Of a DNA stretch of 64,000 nt, positions 10,276-21,117 are shown piece by piece (position 1 is the first letter of the stretch; the number at the start of each line of letters is the position of its first letter). The notes under the pieces are model-generated. The model was not told the origin of the DNA. It was given only the letters and a program-made list of their open reading frames with translations, and did no database searches. Made by a program: the position numbers and the translations under genes. Origin of the DNA: a bacterium (GTDB taxonomy: Bacteria > Zixibacteria > MSB-5A5 > WJJR01); contig DATMBC010000017.1 in assembly GCA_035559435.1 (NCBI GenBank), positions 11,848 to 75,847 on the forward strand. The letters run 5' to 3'.

Positions 10276-11493
10276 TTACTCTCCCTGCGAGCCGCCTTCC
10301 GGCGGCACCGCCTCCTCGGGCGACGGCACCACCGGACCCTCGTCGCCGCTGACACCATCCCACGGCAACTCGGGTAGGGTTTCGGCGCCCGCGGTATACA
10401 GTCGCGGCGAGACGAGAATCAGCAATTCGTTCTCCGCCGTGCTGCTCTCATGACGTGTGAACAACGCCCCGATGATCGGGAGATGCCCGAGAATCGGGAT
10501 CTTTTGCACATTCTTTACGCGCTCGCTCGACACCAGGCCGCCGAGCAGGAGTCCATCGCCGCTGTTGAGTTCCACGGTTGCGTCGGCGCGCCGGGTCAGA
10601 AGCGCCGGGATCGAGAATCCCGACAACAGCACGGCGTTGTTGTAGTCCAGACTGCTGACTTCGGGACGGACCCGGAGATTGATCAACGTCGAATCGATGA
10701 TTGTCGGCGTGAAGTTAAGCCGCACGCCGTATTCCTTCCACTCCAGCGTCAACTGGGTTACGCCGCCGACGTTGCTGACCGAGGACGGGACCGGAATTTC
10801 GCCGCCGGCGAGGAAACTGGCCTCGTTGCCGCTTAAGCAGAGCAACTGCGGCGAGGCGAGCAGTTTGTAGTCGCCGCGCTGTTGCAGCGCGCGTACCGCC
10901 GCCGAAATCTGATTGTAATCACCGACAAAACGGAAAAAGCCGGTCAACCCCTGATTGGGCAGAACCGGGACTTTCGGCACCTGGGTCTGGCCGCCGAAAC
11001 TGCCGACCGTCTTTTCCCCTTCGGTAATGAAGTTGTCGTCGGTGTTCACCCAGGTGAAGTCGAATCCCAGTTCCTTGAGCGTGCTGCGGTTCACCTCGCC
11101 GATCTGCACCTCCAGCAGGATCTGCTGGCCGGAAAAGTTGCGGTCGACGATGATGTTGTGCATCACATAGGGTGTGGTCTCGCCGAAGACGATCAGCGTC
11201 GTGTTGCCGACCTTTTTGCCAATCACGACCAGCTCATCCGGGGTCACCGCCACAACGTCGGCGACTTCGGTGTTGGCGACCGAGACGCTCTTGATCTTTT
11301 CGCGGTGGCGGAGGACCCTCGAGTGTCCTTCGACCACGCGCAATTCCGCCACCCCTCCCTGGGCGCGCGCGGACAGAGTTCCGGCACACATTGCGGCCAC
11401 AACCAGTGATGCGACGAGCAGGGCGCGCCCGGCCGGACAGGCGAAGCCCGTCCGACCCGTTCTCGCCCGCTGGGGAACCCGGTCGGTTGTCAT
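10276..11493 (-). CDS. cpaC: Secretin CpaC/RcpA of the Tad pilus
   Basis: Signal peptide after M34 of the track ORF (start taken at 11493). Secretin core GGEIPVPS...LILVSPRL. The ORF track extends to 11592. Confidence 0.85.
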   Translation of the reverse strand: MTTDRVPQRARTGRTGFACPAGRALLVASLVVAAMCAGTLSARAQGGVAELRVVEGHSRVLRHREKIKSVSVANTEVADVVAVTPDELVVIGKKVGNTTLIVFGETTPYVMHNIIVDRNFSGQQILLEVQIGEVNRSTLKELGFDFTWVNTDDNFITEGEKTVGSFGGQTQVPKVPVLPNQGLTGFFRFVGDYNQISAAVRALQQRGDYKLLASPQLLCLSGNEASFLAGGEIPVPSSVSNVGGVTQLTLEWKEYGVRLNFTPTIIDSTLINLRVRPEVSSLDYNNAVLLSGFSIPALLTRRADATVELNSGDGLLLGGLVSSERVKNVQKIPILGHLPIIGALFTRHESSTAENELLILVSPRLYTAGAETLPELPWDGVSGDEGPVVPSPEEAVPPEGGSQGE

Positions 11494-11503
11494 GGGTGTT
11501 GTG

Positions 11504-12409
11504 TCATTCTCCTGTTGGCTTGGTGGATGACGTGTCCTGCGGCGCCGGCGTCGGCTGCATCGCCGGCTTGACCGTCTTGGCTTCCGTGCCACGGAATATA
11601 GTGACTGTGTCGGGTCTCACAATGGGTTTCGCCGGCTCGGTCTTGGCGGGCGGTGTCTTGGCCACAGCGCGCGACGGCGCCGGTTGCGGCTTCTCTTCCT
11701 TCTTGCCGTGGATCAGATCCCCGGCGGTCACGCCCTCCGACTCCTTGGCGATCTCGGTGTCGTTGGGATTGCGCAACGACAGATGCACCTTGCCCTGGCT
11801 TTGGGCCAGCGTCAGTTTCTCGGCGCTCTCGATGTCGACCAGCAGGGTGACCGATTGCATCGTGATCGGCTCGTTCCCCTGCTTCTCGGTCTTCTCCCCG
11901 GCGGCGAGGACTTCGATGTTTTGCAAAATGGTCTTGGCCGTCGCGTCGCGGCGCGCACCGCGCTCGTCGACCACGGCGATGACGTCGACGCGGTCGCCCG
12001 GCAGGATGAAGCCGCTCACGCCCGAGACCCGGTCGACCTTGATCGACATGCCGCGCAATGGCGGCTCGATCTTCAGCGAAAGCCCGCCTCCGATCGAAGA
12101 GAGTTTGGTCGCCAGCACCGGCTCGTTCTCCGCCAGGAAGACCTTGGTGCTCTGCCCGATCAAGCTGTCAATCTCGGAGATTGCGCCCTTGGGCACGCTC
12201 TCCTGCGGAAACATCGCGATCCGCAGATTGGAGGCGGTGAGCGTCTGGCCGAACGACAGGTCGGAGGTTGCCACAACCACCGGCGTCAGCACCGGCCCGG
12301 CCTTGGCCTCCTGCGCGGTCTTTTGCAGGTACATGACGACCAGTGCGGTGGCCACCGCCGCGCAGAGCAAAGCAACAAAGCCGATAGCGATAAACGAGCG
12401 CGTGCGCAT
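11504..12409 (-). CDS. cpaB: Flp pilus assembly protein CpaB/RcpC
   Basis: N-terminal TM helix, SAF-like domain, Pro-rich C-terminal tail. Position and architecture match CpaB. Confidence 0.75.
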   Translation of the reverse strand: MRTRSFIAIGFVALLCAAVATALVVMYLQKTAQEAKAGPVLTPVVVATSDLSFGQTLTASNLRIAMFPQESVPKGAISEIDSLIGQSTKVFLAENEPVLATKLSSIGGGLSLKIEPPLRGMSIKVDRVSGVSGFILPGDRVDVIAVVDERGARRDATAKTILQNIEVLAAGEKTEKQGNEPITMQSVTLLVDIESAEKLTLAQSQGKVHLSLRNPNDTEIAKESEGVTAGDLIHGKKEEKPQPAPSRAVAKTPPAKTEPAKPIVRPDTVTIFRGTEAKTVKPAMQPTPAPQDTSSTKPTGE

Positions 12410-12428
12410 GAAAGCCCCCTGAGGCGCG

Positions 12429-12848
12429 TCAATTCTCTTTGCGCATCGCTGACGCGCCCCGCAAAGTCAGCGTGCCGGAAAACGGCAGGAGTCGCCCGGG
12501 AACCACATCGAACTCACAGGTGACGGTCACGTTAATCATGCCATTGGCATCGGCCGGGGCGATGTCGACCACCGGGTTATCGGTGGCATCGACGCCGGCG
12601 GAGGAGAGGATCGCTTCGACACGACTCACCACCGAGGCCGAATCGACGCCCACGGCGGCCGCCCGCGCGCCTTCGCGCGCGGCCTGCGTGAGCACATTCG
12701 TCCGCATCAACATGCGGCCCAGTTCGGTGATGCCGAAGACGAGGATGAGAAGCAACGGCAGGATAAAGGCGAATTCGACCACGGCCTGCCCGCACTCGAA
12801 TCGTCCTTGATGCCTGCGCGTCCGCCGCTCGAGGATGGCGCTCTGCAT
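12429..12848 (-). CDS. tadE: TadE-like pseudopilin
   Basis: GQAVVEFAFILPLLLILVFGITELG TadE signature. Start taken at the internal M (12848). The ORF track extends to 12953. Confidence 0.7.
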   Translation of the reverse strand: MQSAILERRTRRHQGRFECGQAVVEFAFILPLLLILVFGITELGRMLMRTNVLTQAAREGARAAAVGVDSASVVSRVEAILSSAGVDATDNPVVDIAPADANGMINVTVTCEFDVVPGRLLPFSGTLTLRGASAMRKEN

Positions 12849-12900
12849 GAAAGCCACCTTGCCTCTCCGGGGACTGTCCGACGACCCCGGACGTAAGAAC

Positions 12901-13515
12901 TCAAATAATCCGCCCAAAAGCGAGATAAGCATAGAGGCCCAGCGCAATTGCAACGCCGTAGGGGATGACCCCGGCGGTCTGGGCCAGCTGGGTATCTTTG
13001 AGCCCGCCTCGCACCCCTGCCAGCCCCTGCAACACTAAGGATGTCGTCCAATCGACAATGTTGCGGAGCGCCCGGATCAAGGTTCCCTTCCAAAGAGCGC
13101 TGACTACCGCCAGCACTCCGCCGATGAGAGCCGTGTAAAGGAACACCTGGATGATGGCAGCGATACCGAGAAGTGCTCCAAGCGCTGCCATCAGCTTCAC
13201 ATCGCCGGCACCCATACCGCCCACATAGTACGGCAAGATCATCAGCGTGAAGCCTACGACGAAACCACCTGCTGAGAACGACAACCCCTTCCAGCCACCG
13301 GCCATCAGGGCCAGAATCAGGCCCACGCCGGCGGCTGGAAGAGTTACCACATTCGGAATCCGTCTCCAGAGGAGATCGGTGACCAGACAGAGGGCCACCA
13401 CGATCGCAGCAATACCCACAGGCAGCGAGGCCAACAGCGAATCGGGCGCAACACTTTCAACCAAGCCATCAACTCCTTCGTCTAGGTCAGGTGCCTTGGC
13501 ATTCCTGCGTCGCAA
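12901..13515 (-). CDS. cpaA: Prepilin peptidase CpaA/TadV (A24 family)
   Basis: Polytopic membrane protein with the DLLWRRIPN motif and a second Asp (AGDVKLMAA). Lies immediately downstream of the flp pilin gene. The start codon appears to be TTG. Confidence 0.8.
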   Translation of the reverse strand: MRRRNAKAPDLDEGVDGLVESVAPDSLLASLPVGIAAIVVALCLVTDLLWRRIPNVVTLPAAGVGLILALMAGGWKGLSFSAGGFVVGFTLMILPYYVGGMGAGDVKLMAALGALLGIAAIIQVFLYTALIGGVLAVVSALWKGTLIRALRNIVDWTTSLVLQGLAGVRGGLKDTQLAQTAGVIPYGVAIALGLYAYLAFGRII

Positions 13516-13527
13516 TCCACTTCTTTG

Positions 13528-13695
13528 TTACGGGGTCGGGTTGGTAATGTCAGTCTGGATCGTATCATACCAGCCCTTGACGATTCCGCCAATGGCATCT
13601 ACGGCGATAATCGCAACGACCGATATGAACGCCGCCAGCATACCCCATTCGATCATGTCCTGTCCGTGTTCGTCACGGATGAGTTTCTTGAGCAT
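13528..13695 (-). CDS. flp: Flp-family pilin (55 aa)
   Basis: Found by hand; below the ORF-track length cutoff. MLKKLIRDEHGQDMIEWGMLAAFISVVAIIAVDAIGGIVKGWYDTIQTDITNPTP. The G/xxxxEW(Y) Flp processing motif is followed by a hydrophobic helix. GGAGG RBS 7 nt upstream. First gene of the tad operon. Confidence 0.8.
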   Translation of the reverse strand: MLKKLIRDEHGQDMIEWGMLAAFISVVAIIAVDAIGGIVKGWYDTIQTDITNPTP

Positions 13696-14698
13696 TGCGT
13701 TTCTCCTCCCGTTGATTCGGTCAACGAGTTCCGACCCCCGGTTTCACAGCAAGCCGCCCAACTCAGCGGCGGTGAGTTTCGCTCTTACACCAATTGGATT
13801 TCCCACAAGCCCCTCTTGAACGGACTGTAGTGCTGGAGAGCGATCGGGCAGATTGTGGTCAAGGCGACGACGTCAACACCGATAGAAGAGCTGCTTGAAA
13901 CTCCCCGCTCGATCATGTCTCGTTCTTCCTCGTCAATGAACAATCTCTTCAATCTCTCTCTCCTGCTTCTGCTTCGAACGTGAGAGTCCTGGCGCTTGGA
14001 TCTGTCCAAATGTCTCGTTCCAAGTCCGGTTTTGACAATTCTATTGCACACAGTTACACAGTCGTCGGTTGCCCGGTGGCGCCGGGATTTCCCCGGTGCG
14101 CGCTCTCCCCGTGCGGACCGACTTACCGCCGGACGCACAAGTCCAAGCAACAGAACGAGACGCGGCCCACCGAGACTGCGGGTTGGCTAACCGGGGTTGG
14201 TTGATGGTCCGCGCGACGCGTCATAAGACTTATGGGTACTTCGCAAACAGCGTGCCCCGATACGAGGCGTTGAGCAGGTGATCGAGAGACAGTTTCACAG
14301 GGCCCACTGAGAAGCCGCCTCCTGACCACCTTCGTGATGGTTAAAGATATGCTTCAAGTGGCAAAACGTCAAGAGCCGGAAGGGGCCATGGTAGCGGCGA
14401 TCTCGTAAGCAATTATTGCAAAATGTCTTAGACGTAAGCCACGCACTTGAGAAAAAATGCCATTGGGTCAATCTGACCTATTTTGTCCTGTTTGTCGGAC
14501 TGGCACGTGTGAACTCGTGCCGGAAATCACATTGTTCCTCTGGCAACCGACACATATATTGTGGCGTTTTGATCCTGGGCCGATTCCGGCTGGCTTAATC
14601 CCGATCAAGACCCAGAGGCAAGGCGCTCCCGGCCTCTATCTCTGTCCGGGAGAAGTGCGAAGGAGAACGTGTAACGACAAAGGGGCAGGACGCAACCG

Positions 14699-16588
14699 AT
14701 GACCAGCGCCACTCACATCCGCAACCTGGCGATCATCGCCCACATCGATCACGGCAAGACCACGCTGATCGACGCGATCTTCCAGGCGGCGCACCTATTC
14801 CGCGACAACGAGCAGGTCGCCAACCGGCTGATGGACAGCTACGAGCTGGAGCGTGAGCGCGGCATCACCATCCGCGCCAAGCACTGCACGGTCAACTGGC
14901 GCGATTACCTGATCAACATCATCGACACGCCCGGCCACGCTGATTTTTCCGGCGAGGTTGAGCGGGTGCTCTCGATGGTCGATTCCGTGTTGCTTCTGGT
15001 CGACGCCAACGAGGGGCCGATGCCGCAGACACGCTATGTGCTGATGCGCGCGTTGCGTCTGGGGCTGCGCCCGATCGTCATCATCAACAAGGTCGATCGT
15101 CCCAACGCCCGTCCGCTGGAGGCCCTCAACAAGACGTTTGATTTATTCATCGAACTGGGCGCCACCGACGAGCAGGCGCACTTCCCGGTGCTTTATGGCT
15201 CCGGTCTCGCCGGATGGCTGGTGCGCGATCTGGCGCACGATGCGCACCATCAGGGCATCGACGCCCTCTTCGAGACTATCATCGAGCATGTCCCGGCGCC
15301 GAAAGTCGATTCCGCGGCTCCCTTCCTGATGCAGATCAGCACGCTGGCCTGGAGCGACTATATCGGTCAGATCGGCTGCGGACGTGTGCTGCAGGGACGA
15401 TTGGACCGCGGCGGCGAATTCACCCGGGTCGTGACTCGCTGGCGCAAACCGGGAGACCCGGAGGCCGGCTGGGAAGAGATCGCGCGTGCCAGCGAGAGGG
15501 GTGTGCACATGTGGGTGACCCGCGGGCTGGAGCGGGTCGAGGTTGATTCGGTGTCGGCAGGGGACATTGTCTGGATCGCCGGCCCGGAGGAAATCGGCAT
15601 CGGCGACACCTTTGCCGCCGCCGGGGATGAGGCGACTGCGCTCAAGCCGCTGGACATCGAAGAACCGACCGTCTCGATGTTCTTCCTGGTCAACAGCGGC
15701 CCCTTCTCCGGCAAGGAGGGCAAGGCGATCATGCTGCGGCAGCTAAAGGAGCGGTTGCAGCGCGAGTGCCGCACCAATGTGGCGCTGCGCTACGAGGACA
15801 TCGGCCGCGCCGACGGGGTCAAGGTGTCGGGCCGCGGCGAACTGCATCTGGCCATCCTCATCGAAGAGATGCGGCGCGAGGGATTGGAACTGTGTGTCTC
15901 GCGTCCGGAGGTCATCACCCACATCGGCGACAATGGCGCGGTGCTGGAACCGATGGAGCAGCTCATCATCGATGTGCCGGAAGAATACCAGGGTGTGGTG
16001 ATGGAGAAGGTGGCACGCCGCAAAGGCGAGATCGTGCACATGGAGAACAACGGCGCCGGGCTGGCGCGTCTGGAGTTTGCCATTCCCACCCGCGGCCTGA
16101 TCGGCTACCGGACCGATTTCCTCACTGACACGCGCGGCCTGGGCATCATGGCATCGCGGTTTTCCGGTTACGGCCCCTGGAAGGGCGAGATCGCTTCGCG
16201 TTTCCGCGGGTCGCTGGTGAGCATGGAGACCGGCGCGGTCACCGCCTACCAGATGGAGAAACTCCAGGAGCGGGCCGTGCTGTTTGTCGAGCCGATGCAG
16301 TTGGTCTACCAGGGGCAGATTGTCGGCGAAAACTCGCGTCCCGACGATCTCCCCTGCAATCCCACCAAAAGCAAGGCGCTGACCAACCACCGTGCCGCCA
16401 GCAAGGACCAGAGCGTGGTGCTCAATGCGCCGCGACTGCTGACCCTGGACCAGGCGCTGGAGTGGATCGCCGAGGATGAGTTGGTTGAAGTCACGCCGAA
16501 GTCGATCCGCATGCGCAAGGTGATTCTCGACGCCGAGGAGCGCAAGCGCACCGAAAAGCGCCGTCAGGCCTCGTTGCAGACCACCTGA
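14699..16588 (+). CDS. typA: Translational GTPase TypA/BipA
   Basis: [10 protein letters not shown]1 motif, DTPGH G3 motif, NKVD G4 motif. 629 aa with BipA-like C-terminal domains. Long lower-GC 5' leader (14330-14698). Confidence 0.95.
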   Translation: MTSATHIRNLAIIAHIDHGKTTLIDAIFQAAHLFRDNEQVANRLMDSYELERERGITIRAKHCTVNWRDYLINIIDTPGHADFSGEVERVLSMVDSVLLLVDANEGPMPQTRYVLMRALRLGLRPIVIINKVDRPNARPLEALNKTFDLFIELGATDEQAHFPVLYGSGLAGWLVRDLAHDAHHQGIDALFETIIEHVPAPKVDSAAPFLMQISTLAWSDYIGQIGCGRVLQGRLDRGGEFTRVVTRWRKPGDPEAGWEEIARASERGVHMWVTRGLERVEVDSVSAGDIVWIAGPEEIGIGDTFAAAGDEATALKPLDIEEPTVSMFFLVNSGPFSGKEGKAIMLRQLKERLQRECRTNVALRYEDIGRADGVKVSGRGELHLAILIEEMRREGLELCVSRPEVITHIGDNGAVLEPMEQLIIDVPEEYQGVVMEKVARRKGEIVHMENNGAGLARLEFAIPTRGLIGYRTDFLTDTRGLGIMASRFSGYGPWKGEIASRFRGSLVSMETGAVTAYQMEKLQERAVLFVEPMQLVYQGQIVGENSRPDDLPCNPTKSKALTNHRAASKDQSVVLNAPRLLTLDQALEWIAEDELVEVTPKSIRMRKVILDAEERKRTEKRRQASLQTT

Positions 16589-17129
16589 CCGTTCGGTCAA
16601 TCTCCATCGATTTGCCCGCGGCCGTGTTCACGCCGCCTTCCGCGGCGTGAAGCGGCAGGGAACGCGCCGGCCCGTGCCATTGATCTGCCCGACCGATTCC
16701 GTCTCACCATCACCCAACTGATGCGGATCGCGAACACTGACTCCGCCATGGGCGGGAACGACTACGGCGAGTACCGGATGGCCGAGGGGAAAACCTACGG
16801 CGTTCGTTCACCACGGGGATGATCCGTCCGAGCGAGGATGACTTCACCATGGACAAAAACGAGGTCCGGGATCCGCTCCGCGGCCGTTGGACCCAGCGGA
16901 GCGAATCGTACTTCAACTCGCTCATCCGCGAGCACAGCGTCGCGAGATCAACGCCGCCAGCGAATCGAGAGGGGCGGGAAGCATCCAGAATCCCTCTGAC
17001 AGAACGACTGTGACAACACACAGCGCGGCGGATCGGAAGGTCGGACCCGGCAAATCATAACCTCAACGCAGAAAGCCTCCCGGAGGTTGTTCCGGACGGC
17101 GTTCGCTTCAACTGCAAAGTCGGGATGAA

Positions 17130-20100
17130 CTACTTCCGCTTGTGCTTGCCGTCAGGCGAATGACTGAACCAGGCGGCGGGCACTTCCTGGCGGTGCATCC
17201 CCGGGCCCTCGACCAGCAGTACCAGACCACGTCCCCCCTTCTTCTGGAACATGCGCACCAGCAACGGATAGGTCCCGGCGCGCAGACCGATGGCGCCGCC
17301 GACTTCGCCCATGCCATGCAGACCATCGTTGTCGATGAGCACGGTGTCGGCCAGGGCAAGATCGCTGCCGTCATCGGAGCTGAGGAAAAAGTCATACAGT
17401 CCATCGATCGGGACAGTGATGTAGCCGCGCGCGGTGAGGCCGAATTCCTCTTCCCGCGCAAACGGCGGCAGGGTAACCGAATCGAGAACCGTTTGCCGCG
17501 CGGGCTTCAGGATTGCAAAGTCGGGGAGACTGTCCCAAGTACCTTCAAAATAGTCGCAGGCCAGGCCCGGCGCGGTCTTGGTCACCGTCACCGGCTCCTC
17601 GAAACCCAGAAGCGCATAGGTGGCTTGCGCCACATGCGCGTTGTCGGCTTGGTCCGAGAACGCCCGCGCCTTGACCGTGGTGGTGGCCGTCAGGGTGATG
17701 GGCCCGGCGTACAGCGGAGAAGATTCGGACGGGTCGCTGCCATCGAGCGTGTAGCGGAGTTCGACATCGGGCGACGGACTGGACAGCGAGACGACGAGAC
17801 TGTCGACAAAGGCCGTGCGCGGCGCCGCGATGCGCGCAATGGTCGCGTTGGCCACATCATAGAGCGGAGCCGCCGGGCGAATGTCATCGTAGGCGGCGTC
17901 GGCGGCGGTCATCGCAAAGAGGCGCAAACGCGGATCGTCCGGCAGGGTGATGCGCCGGGCGCCCGGTGACAGCGGCAACCGCGCGTGATACAGGTAGGTG
18001 AACTGATACGCCTCGTTTTCACCGTGCGCGCTGTGACGGTGAGTCCCGTACCAGCCGACCGGCTGGCGCAGGATGTAAGCCGGCGCGATCAGCCCCGGCT
18101 CCTCCACCAGTCGTCCGGCCACCAGACGGCTGTCCCACTGGCCGATGTAGTCGGCATAATCCTGCACCCAGAAACTGGTGTCGCGTCCATCGATCCGGAA
18201 TCTCGCTTCCGCGGGCCCGCCGACACTGGTCAGGAGCAGATGCAAACGGTTGTAATCACCGGCCGGCAGGTTTAATTCCTGACCACGGCAGACGACGACA
18301 TTGAGCGCCCCGGCGGATTTCGGTCCGGTGACAAAAGGAATGTCGTGATCCAGCACCGTGTCTGGCAAAAGTTCGCCAGCAAGAGAGCGTCCGTTGTCGA
18401 AGTCGCCATCCCGACGGTCCGTATCAAGCGAAATCCCATCGAGGTCAAACGGCAATTCAATCGGGTGGCAACGCGGGGGCGCGACCGTCAGGGACTTGGG
18501 CGCGGCAACCCGAATGGCGAAGGCGCGCGGCTGATAGGCGCCCAGCGATGTCGTCAGGACCCCCTCGCGGACAACCGCCTCTCCGAGCGGTTCCTCGGCG
18601 CCGTTGACTTCCCGGGCGGCGACAATCGGGAAGGCGCAACGCACCCGCACATCGGGCGCGGCCAAGCCGGCGGTCTCGCGCAGACGAATCACGATCTCAT
18701 CGCTTCGTTCCGCCGCCTTGACGCAGTTGAGATGCACCGTGCCGGGGCCGGACACAATGCGGCCATCGGAAGAGTAGGTTTCGACTTGGATCAACGCGAA
18801 GGGTGAGCGCGCCCCGGCGTGATTTTCGGTCTGGAAGGCGATCAATGGCTGATTGAAAGCGGCCGCGTGCGCCACCACCGCGCCCTCTCGCCAGTCGCCA
18901 CGATGCCCGATGACCGCAAACGCCACGTGATGAGTGCCGATATCCTGCGATCGCTGATCGCCCACCCAGGACCAGGAGTCATAGACACCGGGTGTGTGAA
19001 TCAATGACAGGCGCACGGTGTGCGAATCCGGGTGATCCCAGCCATAGCGGGAGTCGTTGAGAATCGCGACACCGTAGTCGCCGGTGGTCGAGGTCATGTC
19101 GGCCCACTGCTGACCGGGGACTTCGTAGAGTTTCGGATGATTCAGCCCCCGCTGAATCGTGCCCAGACCGATATCGTAGGTGACATGCTCATTGGGATGG
19201 GCCAGCTGGAAGGCCGCCTTCAGCAGGGTCTCCTTCTCGGCCCAATCAATATCGGCGTCGAACCGGACCATGTCGCCCGCGTCGCCTTCGGCCAGCGAGA
19301 TGGTGGTGCGGAATTCCGACGGGCCCTGACGGCGGGTGATGCGGACGCTGGCGCGCACCGGCCCGTTCTCCATCACTTGCACCTGCGGTTCGCCGCCAAC
19401 GACCGCGCGCGGCGGGGCCTGGATTTCATCGTAGTCGATTTCCCAGCTCGGCCAGGCGTTTGGCTTGTCGAAGAGCAGTTGCCACTCGATCGGGGCGGCG
19501 AGCAACTCGCGCTCGTGGCGCTTGTCAAAGATTGAGGCGACATCGCCGACAGCGTTCAATGTCACTCGGTAGCGGCGATTCTCCAGTGTCGTGGGTGTGG
19601 CGGATGCGCCGGTTGCCGGCAGAGGGGCTGCGGCGGGACGGACATCGTAGACGGCCAGGCCAACCGACGGGACACGTGCCGGGAAAAGAACATGCACCGT
19701 GTCACCGCTTCGCCCCAGCACCTGCGCCGGGACTTCGGCCCCCTGGGGGCCATAGATTCGGACCGCCGACGGCGCGCCGGCCGGGAAATGCACCGCCGCT
19801 TCGACCAAATCCTCGCGCGCAAAACCGACAGGGTTGTACACGACAACCGGCGCACCCTTGGCGCGGGTGTCGAGCACGGGACTGATGGCCTCGATCGCAT
19901 GCTCAAGCATGCCGGCGAATCGGTTCTGCGTGAGGATCTCATCGTTCCAGGAGAATTGGTACGCCTCAGGGATGCTGGTGCCGGTCAGGTCATCATGGAA
20001 CTGGTGCCAGAGGAAGCGCGTCCAGGTCGCTTCCAGCGCCGAGCGCGGGTATTGGATGCCGCCAAACAGCGAGCCGATCACCAGCGCCCGTTCGGCGGCG

Positions 20101-21089
20101 TCGGCGAGCTGTTCATTGCGGCGGTTCCAGCGTTTCATCGCCGCCTGCGAGGTGTAGCAGCCGACCCCGTGACGGGTCATCACCAACTCGCCATTGTAGC
20201 GCGGCAATCTGGTGCGGTCGGCCTGCGCGACGACATCCACGATGTCGCCGGGTGCGATGCTCTTCACCGCCAGTGGGCCATCGGAATCCAGCGAGCGGGC
20301 CAGCTGCGCCACGGAATTGGAGTCGGGCGCGCCGCCGGTGTCGCCGGTGCCGAAATACCGCAGCGCCGCCGCCAGCCCGGAGGATTTGCGCTGCGCCTCG
20401 GCGCGCGCAAGCCAAAGCGTGTCGCGCGTCAGGTCGCCTTCGATCCTGCTGACATACTCGCCCGGATTGACCGCCGCCACCAGCGATGAGCCGTCGACCC
20501 CTTCCCAGACACCGATATCAAACGGCGTCCCGATCCAGGAGCCCCAGGTGAGTTTTTGCGTCGAAAAACTCTTCAGGCCGCAGTGCGCCGCGATCGACGG
20601 CAGCGCGAAACCAAAGCCGAAGCAGTCGGGCAGATAGACGTCGTGGCTTTGGACGCCAAACTCCCGCTTGTAGAATCCGTTGCCATAGAGCGTGTGGCGC
20701 ACCAGGGATTCGAACGACGGCAGATTGACATCGACCGCATCCACCCAACTGCCGGTCACGCGCCACTGGCCGGACCGGATGTACGGCCCCAGACGAGCGT
20801 AGAGGTCGGGGCGGTATTCCCGCAGCAGCTGGTAGCGGAAGGACCCTTCGAAGCTGAAGACATAACCGGGGTAGAGGTCCAGCAACCTGTAGTTGTCGGC
20901 GAAGGTGGCCGGCACATACTCGTTGATCGTCGTGCGGATGTCCCAGCGCCATTGCGTGTCCAGATGCGAGGTTCCGACCACATAGAGCATCGGCTTGTCG
21001 GCCGGTTGGGTCGTGCCCGGCGTCTGCGCGCGCGCCGCCACCGCCGCGACCAGCGCGATCGCCGCCAATGTCATGATCCATCGATTCAT
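17130..21089 (-). CDS. Secreted glycoside hydrolase family 38 (alpha-mannosidase) with C-terminal CHB_HEX_C-like and PA14-like domains
   Basis: Signal peptide MNRWIMTLAAIALVAAVAARA (start 21089, GGAGGGG RBS). GH38 N-domain motif VVGTSHLDTQWRW. Later YTLDGSDPSESSPLYAGPITL (chitobiase C-terminal-like) and GLACDYFEGTWDSLPDF (PA14-like). Confidence 0.8.
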   Translation of the reverse strand: MNRWIMTLAAIALVAAVAARAQTPGTTQPADKPMLYVVGTSHLDTQWRWDIRTTINEYVPATFADNYRLLDLYPGYVFSFEGSFRYQLLREYRPDLYARLGPYIRSGQWRVTGSWVDAVDVNLPSFESLVRHTLYGNGFYKREFGVQSHDVYLPDCFGFGFALPSIAAHCGLKSFSTQKLTWGSWIGTPFDIGVWEGVDGSSLVAAVNPGEYVSRIEGDLTRDTLWLARAEAQRKSSGLAAALRYFGTGDTGGAPDSNSVAQLARSLDSDGPLAVKSIAPGDIVDVVAQADRTRLPRYNGELVMTRHGVGCYTSQAAMKRWNRRNEQLADAAERALVIGSLFGGIQYPRSALEATWTRFLWHQFHDDLTGTSIPEAYQFSWNDEILTQNRFAGMLEHAIEAISPVLDTRAKGAPVVVYNPVGFAREDLVEAAVHFPAGAPSAVRIYGPQGAEVPAQVLGRSGDTVHVLFPARVPSVGLAVYDVRPAAAPLPATGASATPTTLENRRYRVTLNAVGDVASIFDKRHERELLAAPIEWQLLFDKPNAWPSWEIDYDEIQAPPRAVVGGEPQVQVMENGPVRASVRITRRQGPSEFRTTISLAEGDAGDMVRFDADIDWAEKETLLKAAFQLAHPNEHVTYDIGLGTIQRGLNHPKLYEVPGQQWADMTSTTGDYGVAILNDSRYGWDHPDSHTVRLSLIHTPGVYDSWSWVGDQRSQDIGTHHVAFAVIGHRGDWREGAVVAHAAAFNQPLIAFQTENHAGARSPFALIQVETYSSDGRIVSGPGTVHLNCVKAAERSDEIVIRLRETAGLAAPDVRVRCAFPIVAAREVNGAEEPLGEAVVREGVLTTSLGAYQPRAFAIRVAAPKSLTVAPPRCHPIELPFDLDGISLDTDRRDGDFDNGRSLAGELLPDTVLDHDIPFVTGPKSAGALNVVVCRGQELNLPAGDYNRLHLLLTSVGGPAEARFRIDGRDTSFWVQDYADYIGQWDSRLVAGRLVEEPGLIAPAYILRQPVGWYGTHRHSAHGENEAYQFTYLYHARLPLSPGARRITLPDDPRLRLFAMTAADAAYDDIRPAAPLYDVANATIARIAAPRTAFVDSLVVSLSSPSPDVELRYTLDGSDPSESSPLYAGPITLTATTTVKARAFSDQADNAHVAQATYALLGFEEPVTVTKTAPGLACDYFEGTWDSLPDFAILKPARQTVLDSVTLPPFAREEEFGLTARGYITVPIDGLYDFFLSSDDGSDLALADTVLIDNDGLHGMGEVGGAIGLRAGTYPLLVRMFQKKGGRGLVLLVEGPGMHRQEVPAAWFSHSPDGKHKRK

Positions 21090-21117
21090 CTTGATCCCCT
21101 CCAGGGTATGCCGTGCA

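Noticed and set aside
13785-14150. 121-aa minus ORF and several small plus ORFs in the 13.7-14.7 kb interval
   Set aside because: Low-complexity Arg/Ser-rich translations with no RBS. The interval is better explained as the promoter region of the flp operon plus the long 5' leader of typA.
16710-17021. 103-aa minus ORF between typA and the GH38 gene
   Set aside because: Arg/Ser-rich, no motif, and it overlaps a plus ORF of similar quality. Treated as intergenic. The hairpin at 16631-16651 lacks a U-tract, so no terminator was called.
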